Positions 28,481-37,801 of a stretch of DNA of 64,000 nt are shown piece after piece. The translations under genes and the position numbers were made by a program. How positions within the stretch are numbered: the stretch's first letter is position 1; the number at the start of each line of letters is the position of its first letter. Below the pieces are notes generated by a model. The model was not told the DNA's origin, searched no databases, and saw only the letters and a program-made list of their open reading frames with translations. Source of the DNA: Nitrospinota bacterium (GTDB lineage: Bacteria; UBA8248); assembly GCA_030754595.1 (NCBI GenBank), contig JASLZZ010000056.1:5733-69732 (forward strand). The letters are read 5' to 3'.

Positions 28481-29230
28481 ATGCCCGACTTCTCTCCCGC
28501 CCAATGGGTTTTGATATGCATCGGCGCTTTCGGAAACGGTTTTCTCAAGCGAGTCTTCGGCGCAGGCGTCGGCATCACGTTGATGCCCATCCTCGCCATC
28601 TCCTTTCCCGCCAAATTCTCACTTGTTTTTCTTGCGCTATGCACTACCTGGGTGGACATAGGGATTTCCCGCTCGATGTGGGACCACTGGGACCGCCGGA
28701 CAACTTTTCTTTTCCTTCCCGGAATGATCGCCGGGATCGTTTTCGGCGGCTGGGTGCTAACCTGGGTCCCCGAATATGAACTTCGATTGTTCATCGGCGG
28801 TCTATGCGGGTTAATCGCCGGATATCAAATTTTTATCGAACTCAAGGGAAGGCCGCCGAAAATTCCGACGATTCCTGTTTGGGCGGGAGTTGGCATCGGT
28901 TCAATCAGCGGAATAAATTCCACCATCGCCAATGCCGGCGCCACCCTCCTTGTCCCTATCATGATCAGCCAGAGTATCGCTCCTCGAATGATCGTCGGAA
29001 CCATCTGGGCGATATTCCTGCTCTTGAATCCTCTGAGAGCCATGGCTTACTGGAATGCGGGTATCCTCACCCGCTCGGTAATAACCGCCACGGTATTAGC
29101 GATTCCGCTGCTCTGGGCAGGGGTCCGAACAGGCGCCTGGCTCCAGCCCAGACTCCCTCGCAGGGCATTTAATCTGATTGTGCTCTCAATCGCACTGGCA
29201 GGTTCGATTTACATCGTTGTCAACAACTAA
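28481..29230 (+). CDS. Sulfite exporter TauE/SafE family protein (paralog 2)
   Basis: GFLKRVFGAGVG, SGINSTIANAG, GAWLQPRLPRRAF; ATG 4 nt after the stop of paralog 1. Confidence 0.85.
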   Translation: MPDFSPAQWVLICIGAFGNGFLKRVFGAGVGITLMPILAISFPAKFSLVFLALCTTWVDIGISRSMWDHWDRRTTFLFLPGMIAGIVFGGWVLTWVPEYELRLFIGGLCGLIAGYQIFIELKGRPPKIPTIPVWAGVGIGSISGINSTIANAGATLLVPIMISQSIAPRMIVGTIWAIFLLLNPLRAMAYWNAGILTRSVITATVLAIPLLWAGVRTGAWLQPRLPRRAFNLIVLSIALAGSIYIVVNN

Positions 29231-29302
29231 CGAGGGTGTCCGAAAATCCCGAGACATCCCCCCCCCTTCACCAAAAAAAACACCAGGCGGCGGAATCCGC
29301 TT

Positions 29303-30455
29303 TTACGTCCATGGCTCGGCGGAAATAACGTAGGCGGTCAATTCCGCGTGAAGCGCCTCGGGCTCAATGGGAAGGACGACGGGTTTTTTCCGCTTGGCGG
29401 AAAGATCGCAGGCCATCGTGAGGAGAAGGTTGCGCTGACCTTCGGCCCCGGTCGCGTGCGGGGTCTTGATGCCGGTATAGATGTGCGCCAGCCAGGCGTT
29501 CGACTCCTCCCGCATGGGCCCCCAAAACTGCCCGTCGGAAATATCCCCCGCCGGGTAACTCCAGAGCAGATGAACATTGCGCTTGTCCCCCTCCCCTCGG
29601 TGGGAGGGCAACGGTTTCTCGGTCGCCATGATCGTATCGGCGTGCGTATCGTCGATTGTCAGCGCTCCCTCGGTGCCGATGATACCCACCGTCAGGGAGT
29701 AGGTCGAGGCGGGCCAATTGATCGGCATCCCCCAGCTACAGTCCATACTCCAGATGCTTCCGTCGTCGAAGGTGAAGATGTTGAAGGTGGCATCCTGGGT
29801 ACCAAGGCCCACCATCGTCCTTGTCACCGAACGTGAGGTGACCTCGACCAGTTGTTTCGAGTTTCCAAGGATGAACAGCGATGCGTCGAGGGCGTGTGTT
29901 CCCGATATCACCATCGGGCTCAGCAGTGAACGGTCCTCGTTTCTCCCGAGGCGGACGACGCCGACCATCTGGTTAACAAACGCGCGGGTCGCGGCCGAGG
30001 TGATATCCCCGAGGCGGCCTTGAGCGACATGCTCTCTTGCGGTAAACCACCGCCGCCGGAAACGCTGGGTGTAGCCCACCAAAAGCTCGGCCCCGGCCTC
30101 CTCGTCGGCCGCCACCACCTTGGCGGATTCGACGACATTGGTCGCCAGGGGTTTTTCGACGAGTATCCTGTGTCCGCCCTCGATTGAGGCAAGGAGGTTC
30201 CTGGCATGCCACTCTTCGTCGGTGGCGATAATCGAGGCGTTCACATCGGAACGTTTCAATAGCTCCTTGTAGTCCGTCGTAAAAAAAATCCGCATCAAAA
30301 TCCTCGGCGAGTTTCTTTCCTTTTTTTTCGTCGATGTCGCAGAGACCGATCCGTTCCGTGCCCGGGTACTCGCGCGCACATCTGCCCCGAATGGCCCCTA
30401 TTTTTCCGCAACCCACGATCGCCAGATCAATCGGATTTTTTTCAAGTTTACTCAT
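29303..30455 (-). pseudogene. Gfo/Idh/MocA oxidoreductase with a frameshift in a T8 run
   Basis: N-terminus IVGCGKIG..CDIDE (30455 frame) joins FFTTDYKELL..VEKPLA..VGYTQRF..GTHALD (29303 frame) if one T is removed from the run at 30281-30288. Confidence 0.85.
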
Positions 30456-30533
30456 CGCCGGCTCCCATGAAAAATAAGGCCATATGAAAAAAACTCTCTA
30501 ATGAATAAAATTTGTTTTGAATTTATGAAATCG

Positions 30534-32303
30534 CTACCACCCCGCAGCGCAGGACGCCCTGCGGGCATCCGCCCCGCCGAGGAGAACACCCTCCTTCGGG
30601 TCCCGCACGATGCAGCAGACACTCCCGAGTTGGCGGCTGTAGTCGGGAAGCTCTTCCGGCTTGTAGCCGCGCTCTTTGAGAATATCGCCCGATTCCCGGC
30701 CGATGCGATCTTCGATTATCAAGCGGCCCGGGTTGTAGGTGTGCGGCCAGAACGAGTTCGGAAAGTTATAGGTCGCAATTCGCTGGGCCTCGACCGCCAC
30801 CTGGGGGAGCATCCCGAACTCGACAACATTTAAAAACACCTGAATCATCGCCTGGGGTTGGACGTCCCCGCCCGGAGTCCCGAAAGTCATGAAAATCTCG
30901 CCATCCTTGAGCGCAAGGGCCGGGCTGGGCGTGAGGCGGGGTCGTTTCCAAGGGGCAACTACACTGGGGTGGCCCTCCTCGAGCCAGCTCTGAGAACCCC
31001 TCGAGGAAACCGTGCAACCCACTCCCGGAATGATGGGCGTATCGGCGGAGGAGTCCGAAGGCGTAGCGGAAAAAGCGTTCCCATCGGAGTCGATAACCGT
31101 GCAATAAGAAGTGTCCTGGACCGGCTCGGCGGCTTCTGCCGCGGCCACGGGCTGCCCGGGAGCTCCGTTTTGAGGCTCCATTTTTCCACTCTGAAACGCC
31201 CAGGGGTCTCCGGCCGGCGCCAATCCCTCAAAAGCCACCCGTCGTTCGAGGAGTTTCTCCCGCGTCGCCGCATAGTCTTTCGAGATAATCCCCTCGATGG
31301 GCACCCGAAGGAACTCCGGGTCGCCGTAATAGCGGTCCCGATCGGCAAAGGAAAGCTCAAGAGCTGTAATCAGGCGATGGAGATAATCGGGATAATTATG
31401 CCCCAGCGAGACCAAATCGGCGGATTCGAGCAGATTGAGCGTCGCCGGGAGGATTGGCCCCTGACACCAGGGGCCGCATCCATACACCTCATAACCCCTG
31501 AAATCCGTCATGACGGGCTCTTCCTCTTTCACCGCGCAGTCGGCCATGTCCTCCATCGTCAGCCGCCCGCCGCCCGCCTGAACGAAATCGACGACACGCC
31601 TCGCCGTCTCCCCCTTGAAAATTTCTTCGCGGGCCGCGCGGAGGCCGCCGCTTCTTCCGCCCGGGGCCTTTTCCTCGGCGCGGACCATTCGCTTCATCGT
31701 TTCGGCGAGGTCAGGCATGACGACCTTGCCACCCGGCGGGATGACCTCCCCGTCCCGGAAAAAGATTTTCCGGGTCTCCTCGAACTGGCCATATGCCTCG
31801 CGTAGCGCGAACAGGTGCTCGTAGAGGACCGGGTACATCGAAAAACCGCTCTCGGCCAATGCGATGGCGTCCCCGGCGGCCTCGGCGAATGTCTTCGTGC
31901 CGTAGCGATCTAGAGCCGAAATCCACGCGTCAACCGCCGCCGGAGTGACCGTCCTCCGGACCCCAATGGGAATCTCGCCCCCGCAGTTTTTTTCGAACCA
32001 TTCCCGGGTCACCGCCTTGGGCCAGCGGCCCAGGCCGTCGATTGAAACAACGCGGTTTTCTTTCTTGAGGCAGATGATTATCGGCGCCACCCCGAGGAAC
32101 GACGTGAAATCAGCCAGGAGCACATTGAGGCAGATACCGGCGGCGACCCCGGCATCGATAGCATTGCCTCCTTTTTCGAGAATGCGGAGCGACGCCCGGG
32201 TGGCCAAGGGGTGGCCCGAGGAGGCCATGACCTGGCGGCCCATGGCCTGGGAGCGATGGGCGACGTATTCTTTTCCGTCCGAGGTAATGTGGCGAAACGA
32301 CAT
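30534..32303 (-). CDS. Gamma-glutamyltransferase family Ntn-hydrolase
   Basis: GGNAIDAGVA, FADRD, nucleophile Thr in QDTSYCTVIDSDGN, GTPGGDVQPQ, GGADARR. Confidence 0.92.
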   Translation of the reverse strand: MSFRHITSDGKEYVAHRSQAMGRQVMASSGHPLATRASLRILEKGGNAIDAGVAAGICLNVLLADFTSFLGVAPIIICLKKENRVVSIDGLGRWPKAVTREWFEKNCGGEIPIGVRRTVTPAAVDAWISALDRYGTKTFAEAAGDAIALAESGFSMYPVLYEHLFALREAYGQFEETRKIFFRDGEVIPPGGKVVMPDLAETMKRMVRAEEKAPGGRSGGLRAAREEIFKGETARRVVDFVQAGGGRLTMEDMADCAVKEEEPVMTDFRGYEVYGCGPWCQGPILPATLNLLESADLVSLGHNYPDYLHRLITALELSFADRDRYYGDPEFLRVPIEGIISKDYAATREKLLERRVAFEGLAPAGDPWAFQSGKMEPQNGAPGQPVAAAEAAEPVQDTSYCTVIDSDGNAFSATPSDSSADTPIIPGVGCTVSSRGSQSWLEEGHPSVVAPWKRPRLTPSPALALKDGEIFMTFGTPGGDVQPQAMIQVFLNVVEFGMLPQVAVEAQRIATYNFPNSFWPHTYNPGRLIIEDRIGRESGDILKERGYKPEELPDYSRQLGSVCCIVRDPKEGVLLGGADARRASCAAGW

Positions 32304-32347
32304 GTCGGCCCCTCAGATGAGTTGATGGGTGGATGAAAAATAATCTA

Positions 32348-33229
32348 TCAGGATCCCCGCCTCTTGTCCGCATTGACCAGGAAAATACCCGCGGCGACCA
32401 GAGCCGCGCCACCCAACATAAAAGCGGTCAACGGCTCCGCAAGAATCAACCCGCTCAGAAAAACACCGAAAACGGGAGTCAAGAACATGAACGCGCTAAC
32501 CCGGCTGGGTGGGTAATCGGCGAGCAGTTTGACCCATAGCACCATGACGAATCCGGTACCCACCAAGCCGTTATAGGCGACGTTCATGCTTATAAGCGGA
32601 TTGCCGAAGTCAGGAATTTGAATTCCCCGAAATGACGCAAGAACGAGGAACATCGGAACAGCGATGAGCTGGGTCCAGGCCGTAATTCGAAAGGGATCGA
32701 TTCCCTGAAGATTGACCCTGAGGTAGAGAGACTGCACCCCCCAGAAAAAAGCGCCGATCAAAACGAGCCCGTCCCCGAGAACGCTGTAGTCTCCGCCGCC
32801 AGTCATTTTTTCGCTAAATAGAACGATAATTCCGCCAAAGGCGGCGGCGAAGCCCAATAGCGAGCGCAAGCCGAGCCGCTCGCCGGGGATGAAATAGGCG
32901 GCCAGTGCGGTATAGATAAGCGGCTGGGTGTAAACGAAAACAGATGTTCGCCCCGAGGTCGTCAATGCGGCGCCGGGATAGACAAAAACAAACAGAAGGT
33001 TGTGCAGGATCGTGTTCCACCAGAAAGCAGGACGGCCGCGGGGAGGCCGCCACGGAGTTCCTTTGTAGGCGATTAGGGCAAAGATCAACGAGGCGGAAAT
33101 GATGCTTCTGATCCACAAGAAGTTAAATGGATCGATGAGCCCGAGACCCACCTTGATTGAGGGGAAACTCAGACCCCATAGAAACGTAACCGCCCCGATA
33201 AGCACATAAAACATCAAAGCGAAAAACAC
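32348..33229 (-). CDS. DMT/EamA family transporter
   Basis: LWGLSFPSIK, YTQPL..PGERL, FMFLTPVFGV..LAEP. Confidence 0.9.
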   Translation of the reverse strand: MFFALMFYVLIGAVTFLWGLSFPSIKVGLGLIDPFNFLWIRSIISASLIFALIAYKGTPWRPPRGRPAFWWNTILHNLLFVFVYPGAALTTSGRTSVFVYTQPLIYTALAAYFIPGERLGLRSLLGFAAAFGGIIVLFSEKMTGGGDYSVLGDGLVLIGAFFWGVQSLYLRVNLQGIDPFRITAWTQLIAVPMFLVLASFRGIQIPDFGNPLISMNVAYNGLVGTGFVMVLWVKLLADYPPSRVSAFMFLTPVFGVFLSGLILAEPLTAFMLGGAALVAAGIFLVNADKRRGS

Positions 33230-33273
33230 CCTTCCCGGAAACGCGGGAAACTCACCCCCGGATTTCTCAACGA

Positions 33274-33933
33274 TTATCGGTAAAAAAAATCCGGCAAAAC
33301 CGCAGCATCGATCCCGGCCAGCCTTAATTTTTTCTTATCCGGGAGATTTCCCCCGACGCGCACTTTTTGCTCCAACTTGTTATGGCAATGATCGCATCGC
33401 GGCTGGGCCGTCCGGGGAACAACAAACCGCTTCGCGGATCTCCCCCCCGCAAGGTGGCCGTTGTGGCACTGCACACACGAAAAAGGAAGCGTGGCATGAT
33501 CGAGAATGGCGTGAAAATCCTCTTCCTCGAGTTTCAAAATTCTCTCGTCCGCATGACATTTCAGGCAATCCTTATCCGCTATTGGGTGGAACACACGAGA
33601 TGGGTGCTCGTAGTCGCCCAGGACAAATTTAACCGTATCCTTCGCCGCCAGAAAGGTGGTCCGCGCCATTCCAACGATTCCTTCTTCGCCATGACAGGAT
33701 ATGCACTTCGCTTTTTCGCCCGTGAGGTGCCAACCGGCAAGGGAGCGGATTGATTTGGCGGGGCGGGCGCCGTCATCTAAATATTCCTGATGATCCTGCA
33801 AATGGCATGAAGTACAGAAAGGATCATAGGATTCGACGGCCCGGATACCATATAAGCCGCCAACCCCCAAAACGAGCAACAGGAGAGCGGCCAAAGGGAG
33901 CGCAACCTCCAGACGAAGCGGGAAATACCGCAT
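33274..33933 (-). CDS. Membrane-anchored pentaheme c-type cytochrome (NapC/NirT-like N-terminus)
   Basis: One TM helix, then CTSCH, CISCH, CLKCH, CVQCH, CDHCH; GGAG RBS before ATG 33933. Confidence 0.85.
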   Translation of the reverse strand: MRYFPLRLEVALPLAALLLLVLGVGGLYGIRAVESYDPFCTSCHLQDHQEYLDDGARPAKSIRSLAGWHLTGEKAKCISCHGEEGIVGMARTTFLAAKDTVKFVLGDYEHPSRVFHPIADKDCLKCHADERILKLEEEDFHAILDHATLPFSCVQCHNGHLAGGRSAKRFVVPRTAQPRCDHCHNKLEQKVRVGGNLPDKKKLRLAGIDAAVLPDFFYR

Positions 33934-34074
33934 AAATTCTCCATCGGACGAGCAGTGTAATGCTATCACCCGCCCGCTGAGGCGGGCAACGAACCGCTCC
34001 CGGACAGCTCGCCTTGCCTTCTTCCCCGTCTGCAGGCCATTTGATAGGATATTTAGCGAAAAGGAGAAGCTTAT

Positions 34075-34437
34075 ATGGCCCGCACCCGGTTCGGCCCGCG
34101 CCGGAGTCCTGGAATCAGGCCCCGGCCGAAAAAAACCAGCGAAAGCTCGAACGAGAGCGCCAAGGATGTCGCCAACCGACTGAAAAATGCGGCGCCCGTC
34201 GGGAAAAACGCGGCCGACTACCGCCGCAAATCACTCGATATCCACGGTTGGCTCTGCGCCAAGTGCGGAGTGGATTTCAACGAAAGTAACCTTCACCTTC
34301 TAACCGTTCATCATCGGGACGGGAACCACAAAAACAACCCACCCGACGGGAGCAACTGGGAGAATCTCTGCACCCATTGCCACGACGACGAACACTCGCG
34401 GGGCATGCTTGGCAATTATTTGAGTGGCAAGAGATAA
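34075..34437 (+). CDS. yajD: YajD family HNH nuclease
   Basis: CAKCG, LTVHHRDGNHKNNPPDGSNWENLCTHCHDDEHSR; AGGAG RBS. Confidence 0.85.
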   Translation: MARTRFGPRRSPGIRPRPKKTSESSNESAKDVANRLKNAAPVGKNAADYRRKSLDIHGWLCAKCGVDFNESNLHLLTVHHRDGNHKNNPPDGSNWENLCTHCHDDEHSRGMLGNYLSGKR

Positions 34438-34465
34438 TTTTCCATAACCTATTGTTGGCATTCCT

Positions 34466-35737
34466 ATGATACTCCGAATATTGCCATCCCCGGCCCAGGG
34501 CAAAATCAGCGTTCCGGCGTCGAAGTCTCACACAATTCGTGCGATTGCCTTTGGCTCCCTGGCATCGGGCGAGAGCATCATTCGAAACCCTCTCGATTCG
34601 GAAGACGCACATTCCGCCGCGGCCGTCTACGAGGCGTTGGGCGCCAATATAACGAAACAAGAGGGGGAATGGAGGGTGGAGGGCTTCGGAGGCCTCCCCT
34701 CGCCTCCAAGCAGACAAATCGATGTCGGGAATTCGGGCACGACCTGCCGCATGGGGCTGGGAACAGCCGCGCTTTTGCCCGAGGGAGAAGCGCGATTCGA
34801 TGGCGATCCACAAACCCGCCGCCGCCCGATGGGCCCTTTGCTCGACGCTCTTTCCGACCTGGGGGCGAGGGCTGTTTCGGAAAACGACGACGGGAGACTT
34901 CCCGCCAAGGTCTCTGGGCCCTGGCTGGGCGGAGAGACGCAGGTAGACGGCACTACGAGTCAATATACCTCCAGCCTCATCTTGAACGCCCCGTTCGGCG
35001 GAGGAGACTCAATCATCGATCCTGTCGATCTCAACGAGCGCCCTTATGTGGACATGACCCTCTGGTGGCTCGGGAAGCTGGGGCTCTCATTTGAACGGGA
35101 AGGCTATGAGCATTTTTGCGTGCCGGGCAATCAGGCGCTTTCCTCTTTCGATATGGAAGTTCCCGCCGACTTCAGTTCGGCCGCATTCATGGTTGCCGCC
35201 GCCGCACTTCCCAGCGGAGATGTTCTTCTCGAGGGCCTCGATATGGACGACCCGCAGGGAGACAAAGCCATCCTCGGCATGGTGGCCGGGATGGGTGCCG
35301 AAGTGCGTGAGGAGAACGGCTCGATTCGTATCCGGGGGGTTTCGCTCGAGGGCGGTGAATTTGACCTAAATTCCACACCCGACCTGTTGCCGGTTATGGC
35401 CGTCCTGGGCGCCTTTGCCGATGGAGAAACCCGGCTCGTCAATGTTCCTCAGGCGCGAATAAAAGAAACCGACCGAATCACCGCCATGCGAGAAGTCATA
35501 GAATCACTGGGCGGCTCGGCCACCGAACTGCCGGACGCTCTCATTGTCCGGGGAGGAGGCCTCAAGGGCGGCAAGGCCCATGGTTTCGGCGACCACCGGG
35601 TGGTCATGGCCGCCGCCGTTGCCGGGCTCGCCGCTCCCCTGGGGGTGGAGGTCGACACGGCCGAGGCAATGGCGATAACCTTTCCTGACTTTTGCGAGCG
35701 CATGCGCCGGCTTGGCGCGCGGATGGAGAAAGAATAA
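34466..35737 (+). CDS. aroA: 3-phosphoshikimate 1-carboxyvinyltransferase (EPSP synthase)
   Basis: PASKSHTIR, GNSGTT, RRPM, TSQY, RIKETDR, DHRV, TFPDF. Confidence 0.96.
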   Translation: MILRILPSPAQGKISVPASKSHTIRAIAFGSLASGESIIRNPLDSEDAHSAAAVYEALGANITKQEGEWRVEGFGGLPSPPSRQIDVGNSGTTCRMGLGTAALLPEGEARFDGDPQTRRRPMGPLLDALSDLGARAVSENDDGRLPAKVSGPWLGGETQVDGTTSQYTSSLILNAPFGGGDSIIDPVDLNERPYVDMTLWWLGKLGLSFEREGYEHFCVPGNQALSSFDMEVPADFSSAAFMVAAAALPSGDVLLEGLDMDDPQGDKAILGMVAGMGAEVREENGSIRIRGVSLEGGEFDLNSTPDLLPVMAVLGAFADGETRLVNVPQARIKETDRITAMREVIESLGGSATELPDALIVRGGGLKGGKAHGFGDHRVVMAAAVAGLAAPLGVEVDTAEAMAITFPDFCERMRRLGARMEKE

Positions 35738-36070
35738 ATGCCGATTTTCGAATACGAATGCAAAGATTGCGGTTTTATTTCGGGCCATCTGGTGATGAAA
35801 CCCTCGGACCGCCGGAAACTTGCCTGCCGGGACTGCGGCGGAAAAAAAATTCGCAAGATCATGTCACGGTTCGCTTCGCACAAATCCGAGGGCCAGCGCC
35901 TTGACGAATTCAAGCCCTCCGACGCCCGGGGCGACACCTTCTACAAGGACGACCGCAATATCGGGCTTTGGGCCCAAAAACGCGCTCAGCAAATGGGCCT
36001 CGACCTGGGGGACTCCTTCAAGGAAACCCTCGAGAAGGGACGGTCCAGAAAAATCCTGGACAATCTTTAG
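35738..36070 (+). CDS. FmdB family zinc-ribbon protein
   Basis: MPIFEYECKDCG..CRDCG..KIMSRF. Confidence 0.88.
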   Translation: MPIFEYECKDCGFISGHLVMKPSDRRKLACRDCGGKKIRKIMSRFASHKSEGQRLDEFKPSDARGDTFYKDDRNIGLWAQKRAQQMGLDLGDSFKETLEKGRSRKILDNL

Positions 36071-36150
36071 GCCGGAATGGACCTGAAATTCAACATATCG
36101 CCGCCGCATAATTCTTTCCCGGCCACCAAGTTCTCTGGCTGGACCGCGCG

Positions 36151-36702
36151 ATGACGGCTAAGACAAATCCCGTTCGAGAGGATATTCCGCGTTGTGCCTG
36201 GACCGGAACGGACCCGTTGCTGGTGAAATATCATGATGAGGAATGGGGAGTCCCCGTAAGCACCGATGCCGCCCATTTCGAGCGACTTTCGCTCGAAGCG
36301 TTTCAGGCCGGCCTCTCCTGGCGAACCATCCTATATAAGCGGACAGCCTTCCGGAGGGCATTCGCCCGGTTCTCACCGCGCAAAGTGGCCGCCTTTACCG
36401 AAAAGGATATCCGCCGCCTGCTGAGTGATGCGGGAATCGTCCGCCACCGGGGAAAGATAGAGGCGACCATTGAAAACGCCCGGCGCTTTCTTGTCCTCTC
36501 GAAAGAGAACGGCGGTTTTTCCCGTTATATCGATTCACTCCCCGCCAATCTTGAGGAACTTCGCCGTTTGTTCCGGACCGAATTCAGGTTCATGGGGCCG
36601 AAAATCGCGGAAAGCTACTTTGAGAGCGTGGGCAAGATTCCCCCGAAACACGACCGGCGGTGCTGGATGGCCGGAAGCACCCCCCGGAGAAAGAGGACTT
36701 GA
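36151..36702 (+). CDS. tag: DNA-3-methyladenine glycosylase I
   Basis: RCAW, YHDEEWG, LEAFQAGLSW, IVRHRGKIEA, FRFMGP, H..C. Confidence 0.94.
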   Translation: MTAKTNPVREDIPRCAWTGTDPLLVKYHDEEWGVPVSTDAAHFERLSLEAFQAGLSWRTILYKRTAFRRAFARFSPRKVAAFTEKDIRRLLSDAGIVRHRGKIEATIENARRFLVLSKENGGFSRYIDSLPANLEELRRLFRTEFRFMGPKIAESYFESVGKIPPKHDRRCWMAGSTPRRKRT

Positions 36703-36818
36703 GCGTATGGCCCCCAAGCGATATCTTGTGGGCGTTGAAGCGTGAATATTCTCCTGCCCGGGCCAGGGAGGTCGAGGCTCCCGGGGAGATCCAGACTCAA
36801 TGAGCGTGAGAACAAGCC

Positions 36819-37094
36819 GTGTTCATATTTAGGGAATTTCAAGCATTTATGGGAGCCACGCTCCCTCTCATGGTCAAGGTGGGCATCATCTACCTGATCC
36901 TGAGGTTTACTTTCGCCGTTTCGAATGTCGTCGTTCGCCTTTCCACGCTCCACGCTCCGAAAAGGGCGCCTGCCGAGGACCAGCCGGAGAGTTCCACTAC
37001 CCCGGCGGCCCAAATCCCCGAAACGGTTGAAGGCGAAGACGGAGCGGAAGAAGGCGAACCGGCCGCGCTCCCCGAATCAACAACCGAAGACTAG
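36819..37094 (+). CDS. Hypothetical small membrane protein with acidic tail
   Basis: One hydrophobic segment followed by an E/P-rich tail; weak RBS. Confidence 0.5.
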   Translation: MFIFREFQAFMGATLPLMVKVGIIYLILRFTFAVSNVVVRLSTLHAPKRAPAEDQPESSTTPAAQIPETVEGEDGAEEGEPAALPESTTED

Positions 37095-37175
37095 CCACCC
37101 CGCCCGCCTGTTTCGGTTTTTCTGGTCATTATCAAGACACTGCCGATTGAGCCAAGAGCGCATCGATAGCGCCTT

Positions 37176-37741
37176 TTAGTCCTTGACGCTTTCGGGGGCT
37201 GAGGAACCGCTCGATGAGATGACCGCTCTCTTGATCATATCGACCTGCGCGCTCAGATCCAGGACCGAAATCCGCTGGACGAGCCATCCGGCATGACGAA
37301 CGAATGGCATCACACGCTCGGACTCGCGCTCCTGTGGAATAAACGAGGGTGCGAGTCCCAGGAGTACGGCGTAAACCGTCGCGATGACAAAAAATCCCTT
37401 CCCCAAACCGATAAAGCCGCCGCCGACGCGATTGGCGTACCCTTTCGGCTTTTTTTCCATTAACCGCAGGAGAACTTTCCCCGACAGACTCACTCCCAGC
37501 CATACGATCACGAAAACTCCCGTGAAAGCCACGCTTCTGGGAATTGAAGAGCCACCCACCCAAGGTCGCAGGGCGACCCCCAGGGCGGGGCCGAATTGAA
37601 AGAGGCCACATACCCCGCCAGAATCGAAGAAAGGGAGACAACTTCCTTCAAGGCGCCCTGGAAAAAGCTCCTGAGAAAAAATGCAGTCAGGACAACTAAA
37701 ACCACGCTATCGGCTAAGGAGATATTAATCATGGGTTCCAT
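37176..37741 (-). pseudogene. cvpA: CvpA (colicin V production) family gene with a 1-nt frameshift
   Basis: DSVVLVVL..GALKEVVSL in one frame and ANRVGGGFIGLGKG..ES.V in another; joined by adding one T near 37598-37601 (TCTTTCAA to TCTTTTCAA gives SFQFGPALGVALRPWVGG). Confidence 0.8.
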
Positions 37742-37801
37742 GGAGGAGTAGGCGCGTCATTTCGAATGGAAAGGCCAGCGCCCGGAGGTGTACTCCGAGA
37801 A

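Noticed and set aside
25662-29230. Complete Thoeris system with the TauE proteins as membrane effector
   Set aside because: The TauE genes are 600 bp away beyond a PKS relic and have no Macro, SLOG or SIR2 domain.
34075-34437. Mobile or defence HNH endonuclease
   Set aside because: It matches the conserved chromosomal YajD type and sits directly upstream of aroA.
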